Source: an uncultured Mollicutes bacterium (GTDB lineage Bacteria > Bacillota_I > Bacilli_A > RF39 > UBA660). Taken from it: a stretch of DNA of 57,467 bases. Below, in pieces: positions 28,107 through 37,360 of the stretch. The notes under the pieces were generated by a model, which saw only the letters and a list, made by a program, of their open reading frames with translations, was not told the DNA's origin and did not search any database. Every line of letters begins with the position of its first letter. Within the stretch, counting starts at the first letter, position 1. The position numbers were made by a program, and so were the translations under genes. The stretch lies in NCBI GenBank assembly GCA_900550145.1, contig URRF01000004.1:1-57467 (forward strand), given 5' to 3'.

Positions 28107-29522
28107 TTAGTTATTTAATCCATGATGAGCACCAGGACTATTTTGGTTAAGAGGTAAGAATGTATAACCATTAGAAAGGCCATATTCTATTATTTGTCTA
28201 GTGGCTTCTATGCTTGCGGGCTTTATATCGTGTTGTAATACTACTGATACCTGTTTGTTTTTAATCCCATTAATCACATTATTTATAATTGTATCAGTAT
28301 TTGTAGTTGAAGTATCATTGCTATCGACATTCCAATCAAAATACTTATAACCCTTATCACTTAATTCCTTGACTAGTTTTGTCATTATTCCCTTATTAAA
28401 ATTACTAACTGTATTTGAACTGCCTCCTGCAAATCTTACTAATTTAGAGTAAGTATTTGTTTCTTTAAATACCATATCGCTTACCTTATTTATATCATTA
28501 AAATATGCATCAACACTACTATAAATATATTTAAAATTATGACTAGCAGTATGAAGTCCTATAGAATGTCCATTTTCATATTCTTTTTTAATTAAGTAAC
28601 TATAATTAGAGAATTGAGTAGTTACAAAAAATGTTACTTTTACGCCGTAATCATCTAATATATTTAAAAGCTTTTCTGTATAAATAGAGGGACCATCATC
28701 AAAAGTTAAATAGATAACTTTACCATTATTACTTTTTATACCCATATTTACCTTAACTTTTCTTATTGCCTTAGTTTCAAATCCATAATCATCTGTTACA
28801 TAGTATGATATTTCATATATCCCTTCTTTATTTATATTAACATTACTTTTAACTTTTACTTTATCCGTTATATCAACACCACAACTATCAAATGCAGTAT
28901 ATCCATCATCAACGAATTCATTATTTAGCTTTAAAAATACAAATTTATATCCATTAAGTATTATTCTTGGTTTTGAATTATCACTATATTTAAATTTTCT
29001 AAACACTTCACTTTTATTACCACTACTATCAACTACACTATATTTTATGCCATATTTTTCTTTTTCAATAATTACTTTGTCATTTAAATTTTGATCATAA
29101 TTATCAATTACATTAAAGCCCGGTTCAACAAATTCTTTACTAGGACATTTATACATATTAGTATCTTCATTTAATATAATTTTAGGTGCTTCCGTATCTT
29201 TTACCGTTACTTTTCTTTTAATCGTTTTTATTTTGCCCTTATAATACGCAGTATAGGTAACTTCATATATTCCTTTTTTACTAGTATTAACATTGCTTTT
29301 AATATCAATATTTTTAATTTTTATACATTTGTACTTTATAAACTTAAAACAATATTCTGCATCAATGCCATTATCAACATACTGATCATTAATATTTATA
29401 GTAACATCTTTACCATTTAACTTAACAAAAATATCTTTTTTTGTTGTTATATAAGTAAATAGAAATACTATTACAAGTAAAAGTGCAATAAAAATTTCTT
29501 TTCTAATTCTTTTTACCTTCAT
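28107..29522 (-). CDS. Membrane-anchored polysaccharide deacetylase (NodB/CE4) with two N-terminal Ig-like domains
   Basis: LTFDDGPS and GLHTASH NodB motifs. Two repeats ending ...GIYE(V/I)(T/S)Y.... Start at MKVKRIRKE (29522) after a GGTGG RBS. Confidence 0.8.
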   Translation of the reverse strand: MKVKRIRKEIFIALLLVIVFLFTYITTKKDIFVKLNGKDVTININDQYVDNGIDAEYCFKFIKYKCIKIKNIDIKSNVNTSKKGIYEVTYTAYYKGKIKTIKRKVTVKDTEAPKIILNEDTNMYKCPSKEFVEPGFNVIDNYDQNLNDKVIIEKEKYGIKYSVVDSSGNKSEVFRKFKYSDNSKPRIILNGYKFVFLKLNNEFVDDGYTAFDSCGVDITDKVKVKSNVNINKEGIYEISYYVTDDYGFETKAIRKVKVNMGIKSNNGKVIYLTFDDGPSIYTEKLLNILDDYGVKVTFFVTTQFSNYSYLIKKEYENGHSIGLHTASHNFKYIYSSVDAYFNDINKVSDMVFKETNTYSKLVRFAGGSSNTVSNFNKGIMTKLVKELSDKGYKYFDWNVDSNDTSTTNTDTIINNVINGIKNKQVSVVLQHDIKPASIEATRQIIEYGLSNGYTFLPLNQNSPGAHHGLNN

Positions 29523-29614
29523 CACGTACCACCTAATACATAAATTATAATCTTTTTTATTTAAATATTCAATCATAAAAATATGCATTTTACATATAAT
29601 AAATTGTGATAAAA

Positions 29615-30226
29615 ATGTATGAAATGGAAAAATTAAATTATAATATAAACGATTTAGAACCGTATCTAGATCCTAATACAATTAAGTATCATAGAATACT
29701 TGAAAAGAGATATTTTGATAATCTAAATAAATTATTAATTAAGAATAACTATAATTATAAATATCAACTGGAATATTTAGTTAATAATTTAGAAATATTT
29801 CCTCTACAAGATAGGGATGATATATTATATAACTTAGGAGGTGCACTTAATCATAGAGCATATTTTAATAATATTAGCCCAAATAAAAAAAATATACCCA
29901 TAGGCAAATTAAAAGAAGCGATAGACAAAAAATATGGTTCATACAAAAATTTTAAAGATATTTTTATAAATACAAGTATGAAATTAAAAGGAAGTGGATA
30001 TACATTTTTAATACTTGATAATAATAATGACTTAAATATAATAAACACATCTAATCAAGATACACCATATAGTTATGGGTATATCCCAATAATTGCACTT
30101 GATTTGTGGGAACATGCATATTATTTAAAATATAATGTAAACAAAAAAGAATACATAGATAATTTTTTTGAAATAATTGATTTTGAAATAATAAATAACA
30201 TTTATGAAAGTAACCTAAAGGCATAA
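29615..30226 (+). CDS. Fe/Mn superoxide dismutase family protein, divergent N-terminal helix
   Basis: LNYNINDLEPYL, GGALNHRAYF and LDLWEHAYYLKY are present. The HHxKHH motif reads YHRILEKR. Start uncertain (29606, 29615 or 29624), with no clear RBS. Confidence 0.7.
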   Translation: MYEMEKLNYNINDLEPYLDPNTIKYHRILEKRYFDNLNKLLIKNNYNYKYQLEYLVNNLEIFPLQDRDDILYNLGGALNHRAYFNNISPNKKNIPIGKLKEAIDKKYGSYKNFKDIFINTSMKLKGSGYTFLILDNNNDLNIINTSNQDTPYSYGYIPIIALDLWEHAYYLKYNVNKKEYIDNFFEIIDFEIINNIYESNLKA

Positions 30227-30361
30227 ATGTTTTTTTGTTTGAAAAAACAAAAAAGTAAAATACAATACAAATGTAAAATTTAAAAAAGATGATAAAAAAA
30301 CATTTACAATATTATATATATGTAGTATGATTTATTTGAAAATAGTATGGAGGAAGTAAAT

Positions 30362-32629
30362 ATGGAAAAAGATCTTTTAGAAGAATTAGTTGTAGTTAAA
30401 AGAAGTGGCCAAAGAGTTAATTTTAATGATACAAAAATTGCTCTTGCTGTAAAGAAGGGTTTTGATAGTGTATATGAAGAATATGATGAGAAACTTGTAA
30501 ACAAAGTAAAAGAAAAAGTACTAAGTGAAATAAGAAAAAATTATAAAGATAGAAAAACAATCGGAGTAGAAGACATACAAGATATAATAGAAAAAGAATT
30601 AAAAATTTTAAAGTATGATGAAGTGTACGAATCATTTAAAAGTTATAGAGAAAGAAGAGCAGCATCAAGAGAGGCATTTGTAGTAAAACAACAACACAAA
30701 TTTGTAAAAGCAATTGAATCATTGGGACTTAAATCTGCAAATGAAGAAAATGCAAAAAGAGAAAATGCTAATGTTGATGGAGATGGACCAATGGGTACAA
30801 TGCTTCATTTTGGATCAACTGTATCAAGAGAATTTGCTAAAGCATATTTAATGGATGCAAAATATGCAAGAGCACATGATGAGGGATATATACATATTCA
30901 CGATCTTGATTTTTGGGCAATGGGAACAACAACATGCACACAAATAGATTTAAATAAATTATTTAAAAATGGATTTTCTACGGGGCATGGTTATCTAAGA
31001 ACACCTAATAGTATTATGAGTTATGCTGCACTTGCTGCAATTGCAATACAATCAAATCAAAATGAACAACATGGTGGACAAAGTATACCTGCATTTGACT
31101 ATTATCTAGCACCAGGAGTATTAAAATCATTTAAAAAAGAATTTAAACAAACGTTATATGATTTGCTTGAATTTGAGGGTTTTATTGAATTAATAAACTT
31201 TAATAAAATTATTGAAATAATAGATAAACTTGAATCAATAGAATTTGATTTTGGATTATTTAAAGATATATTATATAAAAGTGAAAAATTAAAAGAAATT
31301 TTACATAATGCATACAAAAAGGCATTACAAAAAGTAGATAGATATACATACCAAGCAATGGAAGCATTTATCCATAATCTAAATACAATGCATTCAAGAG
31401 CAGGAGCACAAGTTCCATTTAGTTCAGTAAACTTTGGAACAGATACATCAAAAGAAGGAAGAATGGTTATAAAAAATTATCTTTTAGCAGTAGATGCAGG
31501 ATTAGGACATGGTGAAACGCCAATATTTCCTATATCTATATTTAAAGTAAAAGAAGGAGTTAATTATTTTGAAGAAGATCCAAACTATGATTTATTTAGA
31601 TTAGCATGTAAAGTATCTGCAAAAAGATTATTTCCAAACTTTTCGTTCCTTGATTCAACATTTAATAAACCATTCTTAAAAGAAGGAGATTATGATACAG
31701 AAGTTGGTTATATGGGTTGTAGAACAAGAGTACTTGCAAATGTATGTGGTCCATCAATAACACCAGGAAGAGGAAATTTAAGTTTCACATCAATTAATTT
31801 ACCTAGATTAGGAATTAAACATGGTATAGCACTAGGTGAAGAAAAAGCAGATATGAAAGGTTTCTATGAAGAATTAGATAACTTAATGGATTTAGTAAAA
31901 GGACAACTACTACAAAGATTTGAATGTCAATGTTCTAAATCAAGAGCAAACTTCAAATTCTTGCTTGGTGCTGGCGTTTGGATAAACAGTGAAAAATTAG
32001 AAAACAATAGCAAACTAAGAACAGTTTTAAAACACGGAACATTATCTATTGGTTTTATAGGACTTGCAGAAACTTTAAAAGCGCTTATAGGTGAACACCA
32101 TGGAGAAAGTGAAAAAGCACAAAAATTAGGTGAAGAAATAATAAAACATATGCGAGATAAATGTGATGAATATACAAAAGAATATAACTTGAATTTTACA
32201 TTACTAGCAACACCAGCAGAAGGACTTAGTGGTAGATTTGTTGCAATGGATAGATCTATATATGGTAAAATAAAAGGTGTAACTGATAGAGATTACTATA
32301 CTAATTCATTTCATGTACCTGTTTATTACAAAACAACAGTTAAACATAAACTAGAAGTTGAAGGTGTATATCACAAATACACAAATGCAGGACACATTTC
32401 ATATATTGAACTTGACGGAGATACAGTTAATAATGTAGAGGCATTTGAAAGTGTAGTTAGAATTATGCATGATTCAGATATAGGATATGGTGCAATAAAT
32501 CACCCAGTAGATAGAGATCCTGTATGTGGATACGTTGGAGTTATAAAAGATGTATGTCCAAGATGTGGAAGACATGAAGGTGAAGGCGTTGAAATGGAAA
32601 AAATAAATAATTTAAATTGTGGATGTTAG
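30362..32629 (+). CDS. nrdD: Anaerobic ribonucleoside-triphosphate reductase (class III) large subunit, ending before the glycyl-radical motif
   Basis: ATP-cone N-terminus (VVKRSGQRVNFNDTKI), catalytic body, zinc ribbon VCGY...CPRCGR. Stops at TAG 32627-32629 after ...EMEKINNLNCGC. Start at ATG 30362 after a GGAGGAAG RBS. Confidence 0.9.
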   Translation: MEKDLLEELVVVKRSGQRVNFNDTKIALAVKKGFDSVYEEYDEKLVNKVKEKVLSEIRKNYKDRKTIGVEDIQDIIEKELKILKYDEVYESFKSYRERRAASREAFVVKQQHKFVKAIESLGLKSANEENAKRENANVDGDGPMGTMLHFGSTVSREFAKAYLMDAKYARAHDEGYIHIHDLDFWAMGTTTCTQIDLNKLFKNGFSTGHGYLRTPNSIMSYAALAAIAIQSNQNEQHGGQSIPAFDYYLAPGVLKSFKKEFKQTLYDLLEFEGFIELINFNKIIEIIDKLESIEFDFGLFKDILYKSEKLKEILHNAYKKALQKVDRYTYQAMEAFIHNLNTMHSRAGAQVPFSSVNFGTDTSKEGRMVIKNYLLAVDAGLGHGETPIFPISIFKVKEGVNYFEEDPNYDLFRLACKVSAKRLFPNFSFLDSTFNKPFLKEGDYDTEVGYMGCRTRVLANVCGPSITPGRGNLSFTSINLPRLGIKHGIALGEEKADMKGFYEELDNLMDLVKGQLLQRFECQCSKSRANFKFLLGAGVWINSEKLENNSKLRTVLKHGTLSIGFIGLAETLKALIGEHHGESEKAQKLGEEIIKHMRDKCDEYTKEYNLNFTLLATPAEGLSGRFVAMDRSIYGKIKGVTDRDYYTNSFHVPVYYKTTVKHKLEVEGVYHKYTNAGHISYIELDGDTVNNVEAFESVVRIMHDSDIGYGAINHPVDRDPVCGYVGVIKDVCPRCGRHEGEGVEMEKINNLNCGC

Positions 32630-32642
32630 AAAGGAGTTTAAT

Positions 32643-32801
32643 ATGGATAAGGAGACAAAAAAAGTTAAAAAAGTAGGCGAAGGTGTTTCTTTTGAAAGAA
32701 TAAGAAGAATTACTGGATATTTAGTAGGAACATTAGATAGATTTAATAATGCTAAAAAATCTGAAGTTTCTGATAGAGTTACCCATACAGGTATAAAATA
32801 A
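32643..32801 (+). CDS. Stand-alone 52-aa peptide carrying the class III RNR glycyl-radical motif
   Basis: AAGGAG RBS with a 6-nt spacer. MDKETKKVKKVGEGVSFERIRRITGYLVGTLDRFNNAKKSEVSDRVTH contains the RxxGY(L) radical loop normally at the NrdD C-terminus. TAATG overlap with nrdG. Confidence 0.7.
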   Translation: MDKETKKVKKVGEGVSFERIRRITGYLVGTLDRFNNAKKSEVSDRVTHTGIK

Positions 32802-33355
32802 TGAACATAAGATTAGCAGCTGATTTACAAACAGATAGCATAGTTGATGGCCCTGGTCTAAGAGCAGTTATATGGACCCAAGGATGTTCACATAACTGCC
32901 CTGGTTGCCAAAATCCAACTACACATGACTTTAATGGTGGTGGTCTAATACCAATTGATATAGTTTGTGATGAAATTAGCAAATTAGAATATCATACAGG
33001 TATTACCTTTAGTGGAGGAGATCCAATGTTTCAACCTGAAAGCTGTAATGAAATTGCTAAATTCGCAAAAAAACAAGGATTAGATATATGGGTATATACC
33101 GGTTTTACATTTGAAGAATTAATAAAAATGTCAGAAAAAAAAGAAATATATAAAGAGTTTTTAAGTAATATAGATGTACTCGTAGATGGAAAGTTTATTT
33201 TAAAACAAAGAGATCTTAATTTACTGTTTAGAGGTTCAAAAAATCAACGACTAATAAATGTAAAAGAAACATTAAAAAAACACGAAATAATAACCCTAGA
33301 CGAAGAAATCTATTTTGGAGAAACACTAAAAGAAACAGAACCAATATTTATATAA
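32801..33355 (+). CDS. nrdG: Anaerobic RNR activating protein (radical SAM)
   Basis: 184 aa. CSHNCPGCQN (CX3CX2C cluster), GITFSGGDP. Confidence 0.9.
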   Translation: MNIRLAADLQTDSIVDGPGLRAVIWTQGCSHNCPGCQNPTTHDFNGGGLIPIDIVCDEISKLEYHTGITFSGGDPMFQPESCNEIAKFAKKQGLDIWVYTGFTFEELIKMSEKKEIYKEFLSNIDVLVDGKFILKQRDLNLLFRGSKNQRLINVKETLKKHEIITLDEEIYFGETLKETEPIFI

Positions 33356-33385
33356 AGATATAGAAATATATCTTTTTATTTTATT
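33355..33385 (+). terminator. nrd operon terminator
   Basis: AAGATATA-gaaa-TATATCTT followed by TTTATTTT. Confidence 0.6.
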
Positions 33386-33433
33386 GAAAAATGTGATGTT
33401 TTGTGGTATTCTTTTATTAGAATAGGAGGAGTT

Positions 33434-34975
33434 ATGAAAAAGTTGTTTAGATGTATTTTTGCACTTTGTTTATTATGCGCTATAGATGTTTATGCTAGTC
33501 CTGCAAATGATTCTTTTTTAGATGATAATTTATATAAGTGCATTATTGATTCGTATAATTTGTTAAAAAATGAAAGTAAAGATTATTCATATTCTATATT
33601 AGCAGAGGAATTAAATGAAATTGAAAATTTAGATTGCTCAAAATATAGTGGTAATATTGAGGATTTAACTGGATTGAATAAAATGCTTGGATTAAAAACA
33701 ATTAACCTATCTGGAAATACATTTTTAGGTGGAAGTTCTAATATAAAAGTAGGAGAAAATTCAAAATTAAAAAGCAAAATAACTTTACCTCCTAATTTAA
33801 ACTTAACAGATATAAAATATGAAATAGTTAATCCTAAAAAAGCAAGTGTTAAAGATGGAGTTGTAACTGGATTATCAAGTGGTTCAACTTATATTATAAT
33901 GACAGCCAAAATATCAAATAATGAAATAAAAGAAAAATATTTAGTATCTGTTTTAGAAACTAACCCTTTAAAAAAGAGTAATAACGCCAATTTATCTTCT
34001 TTAACTTTAACACCAGGTAATATAGAATTTAAAAGTGAATTAAAGAAATATACAACTATTGTTTCAAAGGAAACTACATCTATTGTTATAAAAGCAACTT
34101 TAGCGAATAATAAAGCAAGTTTTGTTAGTGGTTATGGCCCTAGAACAGTCAACTTAAATATTGGTTATAATGATGTTTTAATAAAAGTAAAAGCGGAAGA
34201 TGGTACAATTAATACATATACAATAGGTGTAGTTAGAAGTGATGGGAATAATGCTAATACATATTTATCAGATTTGATTTTATCTGTAGGAAAAATAAAT
34301 TTTTCGAGAGATGTATTTATATATACATTAACTGTATCATCGGATGTAGATAAAATTGATATTAAACCAGTAACTGAATCATATACATCAAAAGCTGTTG
34401 TATCTGATACTAAATTAAAAGAAGGAGAAAACAAAATAACTATAACAGTTACAGCTGAAAATGGTAGTACTAAGAATTATGAATTAATAGTTAATAAAGA
34501 AGAGTATGAATCAGAAAAAAATTATTTAAAGGATTTAAAAATTTCAGGTTATGATATAAACTTCTCCAAAAAGAAACAAAACTATGAAATAAAAATTAAT
34601 AATGAAAGCTCATTAGACATATTAGCAACACCTAATAATAGTACTGCAACTGTAAGTATTACTGGTAATAAAAATTTAAAAAATAATTCAAAAGTAACAA
34701 TAAAAGTGGTCGATGAAGATAATAAAACAAGAGAGTATATTATAACAATAAAAAAATCATTAATTGAGTCATTAACATATAAAGAATATATTTTATTTAC
34801 AGAATTTTTAATAATATTTATTTTGATACTAGTAATTATATTTAGACCTAAAAATAATACATTAAATAAAAGTAGAAATGTAGTATATAAACCATCTAAT
34901 AAGGTTTGTAAAAATTGTGGTACAATTAATAATGCAAATAGCAAAGTATGCTATGTTTGTGGTAAAAGATTTTAA
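33434..34975 (+). CDS. Surface protein: signal peptide, LRR segment, Big_2-like domain, three cadherin-like beta-sandwich repeats, TM helix, cytoplasmic zinc ribbon
   Basis: MKKLFRCIFALCLLCAIDVYA signal after an AGGAGG RBS. Three ~85-aa repeats of pattern N..L..L.......F......Y...V...GxN.I.I.V.AEDG....Y.I. TM helix ILFTEFLIIFILILVIIF. C-terminal CKNCG...CYVCG. Confidence 0.65.
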   Translation: MKKLFRCIFALCLLCAIDVYASPANDSFLDDNLYKCIIDSYNLLKNESKDYSYSILAEELNEIENLDCSKYSGNIEDLTGLNKMLGLKTINLSGNTFLGGSSNIKVGENSKLKSKITLPPNLNLTDIKYEIVNPKKASVKDGVVTGLSSGSTYIIMTAKISNNEIKEKYLVSVLETNPLKKSNNANLSSLTLTPGNIEFKSELKKYTTIVSKETTSIVIKATLANNKASFVSGYGPRTVNLNIGYNDVLIKVKAEDGTINTYTIGVVRSDGNNANTYLSDLILSVGKINFSRDVFIYTLTVSSDVDKIDIKPVTESYTSKAVVSDTKLKEGENKITITVTAENGSTKNYELIVNKEEYESEKNYLKDLKISGYDINFSKKKQNYEIKINNESSLDILATPNNSTATVSITGNKNLKNNSKVTIKVVDEDNKTREYIITIKKSLIESLTYKEYILFTEFLIIFILILVIIFRPKNNTLNKSRNVVYKPSNKVCKNCGTINNANSKVCYVCGKRF

Positions 34976-34998
34976 ATTGTAAAATTTTAGGGGGCTTT

Positions 34999-35931
34999 AT
35001 GGAATTTAATAAAATGATAAAAGAAATATGCGATAAAAATAATATTAAATGCACATTCTTATCTAAAAATTGGGTTATTAAATTAGAAAAAGATGATATG
35101 ACAAGGTATATAACTGGTAATAAGTTTGATTTAAATGGTCATGCACTTGGTAATATAATGGATGATAAGTATGCGTTTTATGAAGTAATGAAAGATGAAA
35201 ATATTGATATCATAGAACATAAAATATTGTATAAAAATGATAACAAAAATGAATATGCAAAGGATTGTAATAGTTATGAAGTTGCTTTAAATTACTTCTA
35301 TAAAAATAATTGTAATATTGTTTTAAAATCAAATTGTGGTGCATGTGGAAATGAAGTTTTTCACATTACTGATGAAAAATCTCTTTATGAAACGTTAGAT
35401 AATCTCTTTATAAATAATTTTTCTATTAGTATGTGTCCATTTTATAAAATAAAAAATGAATACAGAGTTATTATTTTAGATGATGAAATAAAACTTATAT
35501 ATGGAAAAATAAATCCTAAAGTAATAGGAGATGGGTTTTCAACTTTAAAAGAATTATTAATAAAATTTAATTATAGTTATTACAATAATAAAGCAATTAA
35601 AAATGAAAATTATATTCCTTCTAAAGGAGAAGAAATAAATTATGATTTTAGATTTAACCTTTCACAAGGTTCAAAAATATTTTTAGATATAAAAGAAGAT
35701 ATAAAAAAAGAAATAACAGAATTGACTAAAAAAGTTACAAAAACAACAGGAATAAGATTTAGTAGTATAGATATAGTAGAATTATATGATAGTTCCATAT
35801 TAGTAATGGAAGCAAATAGTGGAGTTACTATTAATAAAGCATGCAACTTTATTGATGATGGATATGATATTGCATATAAAATATATGAACAAGCAATACA
35901 AAAAATGTTTTGGAGGGATTATGAAAGGTAA
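34999..35931 (+). CDS. ATP-grasp fold enzyme (RimK/cyanophycin-synthetase-like ligase)
   Basis: VLKSNCGACGNEVF, EYRVIILDDEIKLIYGK...VIGDG.STLKELI, SIDIVELYDSSILVMEANSG fit ATP-grasp strand patterns. Substrate unknown. Confidence 0.55.
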   Translation: MEFNKMIKEICDKNNIKCTFLSKNWVIKLEKDDMTRYITGNKFDLNGHALGNIMDDKYAFYEVMKDENIDIIEHKILYKNDNKNEYAKDCNSYEVALNYFYKNNCNIVLKSNCGACGNEVFHITDEKSLYETLDNLFINNFSISMCPFYKIKNEYRVIILDDEIKLIYGKINPKVIGDGFSTLKELLIKFNYSYYNNKAIKNENYIPSKGEEINYDFRFNLSQGSKIFLDIKEDIKKEITELTKKVTKTTGIRFSSIDIVELYDSSILVMEANSGVTINKACNFIDDGYDIAYKIYEQAIQKMFWRDYER

Positions 35932-36595
35932 ATTAATAGTAATTGAAGGAACTGATTGTTCAGGAAAAGAAACACAATCAAAAAAACTAATAGAAAATTT
36001 AGAAAAAAATAACAAAAAAGTATGCTATTTTTGTTTTCCGAATTATGAATCGCCAACAGGTAAAATAGTAGGTGGACCATATTTAGGTAAAAGTTATATA
36101 TGCGATGGTTGGTTCAAAGAAAAGGCTCCTAATGTTGATTCAAAAGTTTCTTCCTTATATTTTGCAGCAGATAGAAAATATAATATAAATAAAATTATAG
36201 ATAAATTAAATGATGGTTATAATGTAATACTAGATAGATATGTATATTCTAATATGGCACATCAAGGAGGAAAATGGAAAACAAAAGAAGAAAGAGATGA
36301 GATGTATAATTGGCTTTCTAAACTAGAATTTGATTTATTAGAACTTCCTAAAGCAGATATAAAAGTTTTTTTACATATGCCATATAATGCAATAAATAAA
36401 CTTAAAGCAGGAAGAATAGAAAAATTAGATCAAAATGAAGAAGATAAAGAACATCTATTAAATGCAGAAAATGCATACAAAGAAATAGCAAAAAAATATA
36501 ATTTCTACACTATAGAATGTACTGACAACAAAAGAATAAAAACAATAGAAGAAATACAAAATGAGTTATATAATTACATAAAAGATTTGTTATAA
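35921..36595 (+). CDS. tmk: Thymidylate kinase
   Basis: MKGKLIVIEGTDCSGKETQ P-loop, LDRYVYSNMAHQ. The listed start at 35819 is upstream shadow; the true ATG overlaps the end of the previous gene. Confidence 0.85.
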   Translation: MKGKLIVIEGTDCSGKETQSKKLIENLEKNNKKVCYFCFPNYESPTGKIVGGPYLGKSYICDGWFKEKAPNVDSKVSSLYFAADRKYNINKIIDKLNDGYNVILDRYVYSNMAHQGGKWKTKEERDEMYNWLSKLEFDLLELPKADIKVFLHMPYNAINKLKAGRIEKLDQNEEDKEHLLNAENAYKEIAKKYNFYTIECTDNKRIKTIEEIQNELYNYIKDLL

Positions 36596-36627
36596 ATCTT
36601 TTTCTTTTAGAAAAAATAAAAAAACTA

Positions 36628-36656
36628 TTGTCTAAACTCATTAAATATGTTATTAT
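36628..36656 (+). promoter_or_regulatory. Promoter of tRNA-Met
   Basis: TTGTCT, 17-nt spacer, TATTAT with a TG extension. Ends 13 nt before the tRNA. Confidence 0.5.
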
Positions 36657-36669
36657 TTCTAGTGTTGAT

Positions 36670-36746
36670 GGCGAGATAGCTCAGCTGGCTAGAGCATGCG
36701 GTTCATACCCGCAGGGTCGAGGGTTCGAATCCCCCTCTCGCTACCA
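36670..36746 (+). tRNA. tRNA-Met (anticodon CAT), elongator-like; CCA encoded
   Basis: Hand fold. D arm GCTC-AGCTGGCTA-GAGC, anticodon stem TGCGG/CCGCA with loop TTCATAC, T loop TTCGAAT, G1-U72 and one A-C mismatch in the T stem. Lysidine-modified tRNA-Ile2 cannot be excluded from sequence. Confidence 0.8.
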
Positions 36747-36758
36747 AAATGAGTTATA

Positions 36759-36784
36759 ATAGATAGAAATATCTATTTTTTTTA
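36759..36784 (+). terminator. Terminator after tRNA-Met
   Basis: ATAGATA-gaaa-TATCTAT followed by an 8-T run. Confidence 0.65.
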
Positions 36785-36889
36785 TATTTTTAATCTTATT
36801 TGATATATCAATATCATCTATCACTGTTTTATTAATAATACGTAGTATAATATTATTAATAAAGATAGTTTGTGGAAAGGATATGAAAA

Positions 36890-37360
36890 ATGAAAAATAA
36901 GAAAATTGCTATAATTGTGATAATATTATTGATTTTGTTAATAACTATACCTTTTAAACTAAAAGATGGTGGTACAATTGAATGAAAATCTTTAACTTAT
37001 TCAATATCAAAAGTTAATAGTATTTATTCAATAAATGATATTCCATGGGTTATAAAAAAGAAATAGTAATAAAAATATTTAATATTACTGTTTTTAATAA
37101 TTCAAAATATGATATTTAAAAAGAATTTGTCATTGTTGATAGTAGTAAGAATAACGAAAACTTTGCTTGTGATTCGGCTTTAGAAGAAATTTATAAAGAT
37201 GATGAATATATTTATTACTTACCTTGTCAAAAATATTAATATATTAAAGTAATTTATGCTTCTAACGAATATCAAGAGGGTTTAAAATCTTCACTAGAAG
37301 ATGGTAAAATTAAAATAAGGAATTTAGATGAGTTTAGCATTGAATATAAAAAAAAGAAAA
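36890..37360 (+). pseudogene. Decayed gene for a small membrane-anchored protein (multiple in-frame stops and frame changes)
   Basis: MKNKKIAIIVIILLILLITIPFKLKDGGTIE-TGA(36983)-KSLTYSISKV...KKK-TAG. A later reading KEFVIVDSSKNNENFACDSALEEIYKDDEYIYYLPCQKY-TAA(37237)-YIKVIYASNEYQEGL...DEFSIEYKKK is coherent protein-like text broken by stops. No ORF of 60 aa or more in ~800 bp. Confidence 0.6.

Noticed and set aside
30258-30328. Possible NrdR boxes upstream of nrdD (TACAATACAAATGTA at 30261-30275 and TACAATATTATATATATGTA at 30305-30324)
   Set aside because: They are only loose TACA...TGTA palindromes in AT-rich DNA. Lengths and centre-to-centre spacing (~46 nt) do not fit the paired 16-bp boxes spaced about 31-32 nt that I recall for NrdR. 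This cannot be supported without a matrix scan.
36983-36985. In-frame TGA inside a protein-like reading, suggesting genetic code 4 (TGA = Trp) as in Mollicutes
   Set aside because: Many well-supported genes here end in TGA (for example 1878-3050 and mutL), and Trp is encoded by TGG throughout. The same locus also has in-frame TAG and TAA, so it is a pseudogene and not a recoding event.
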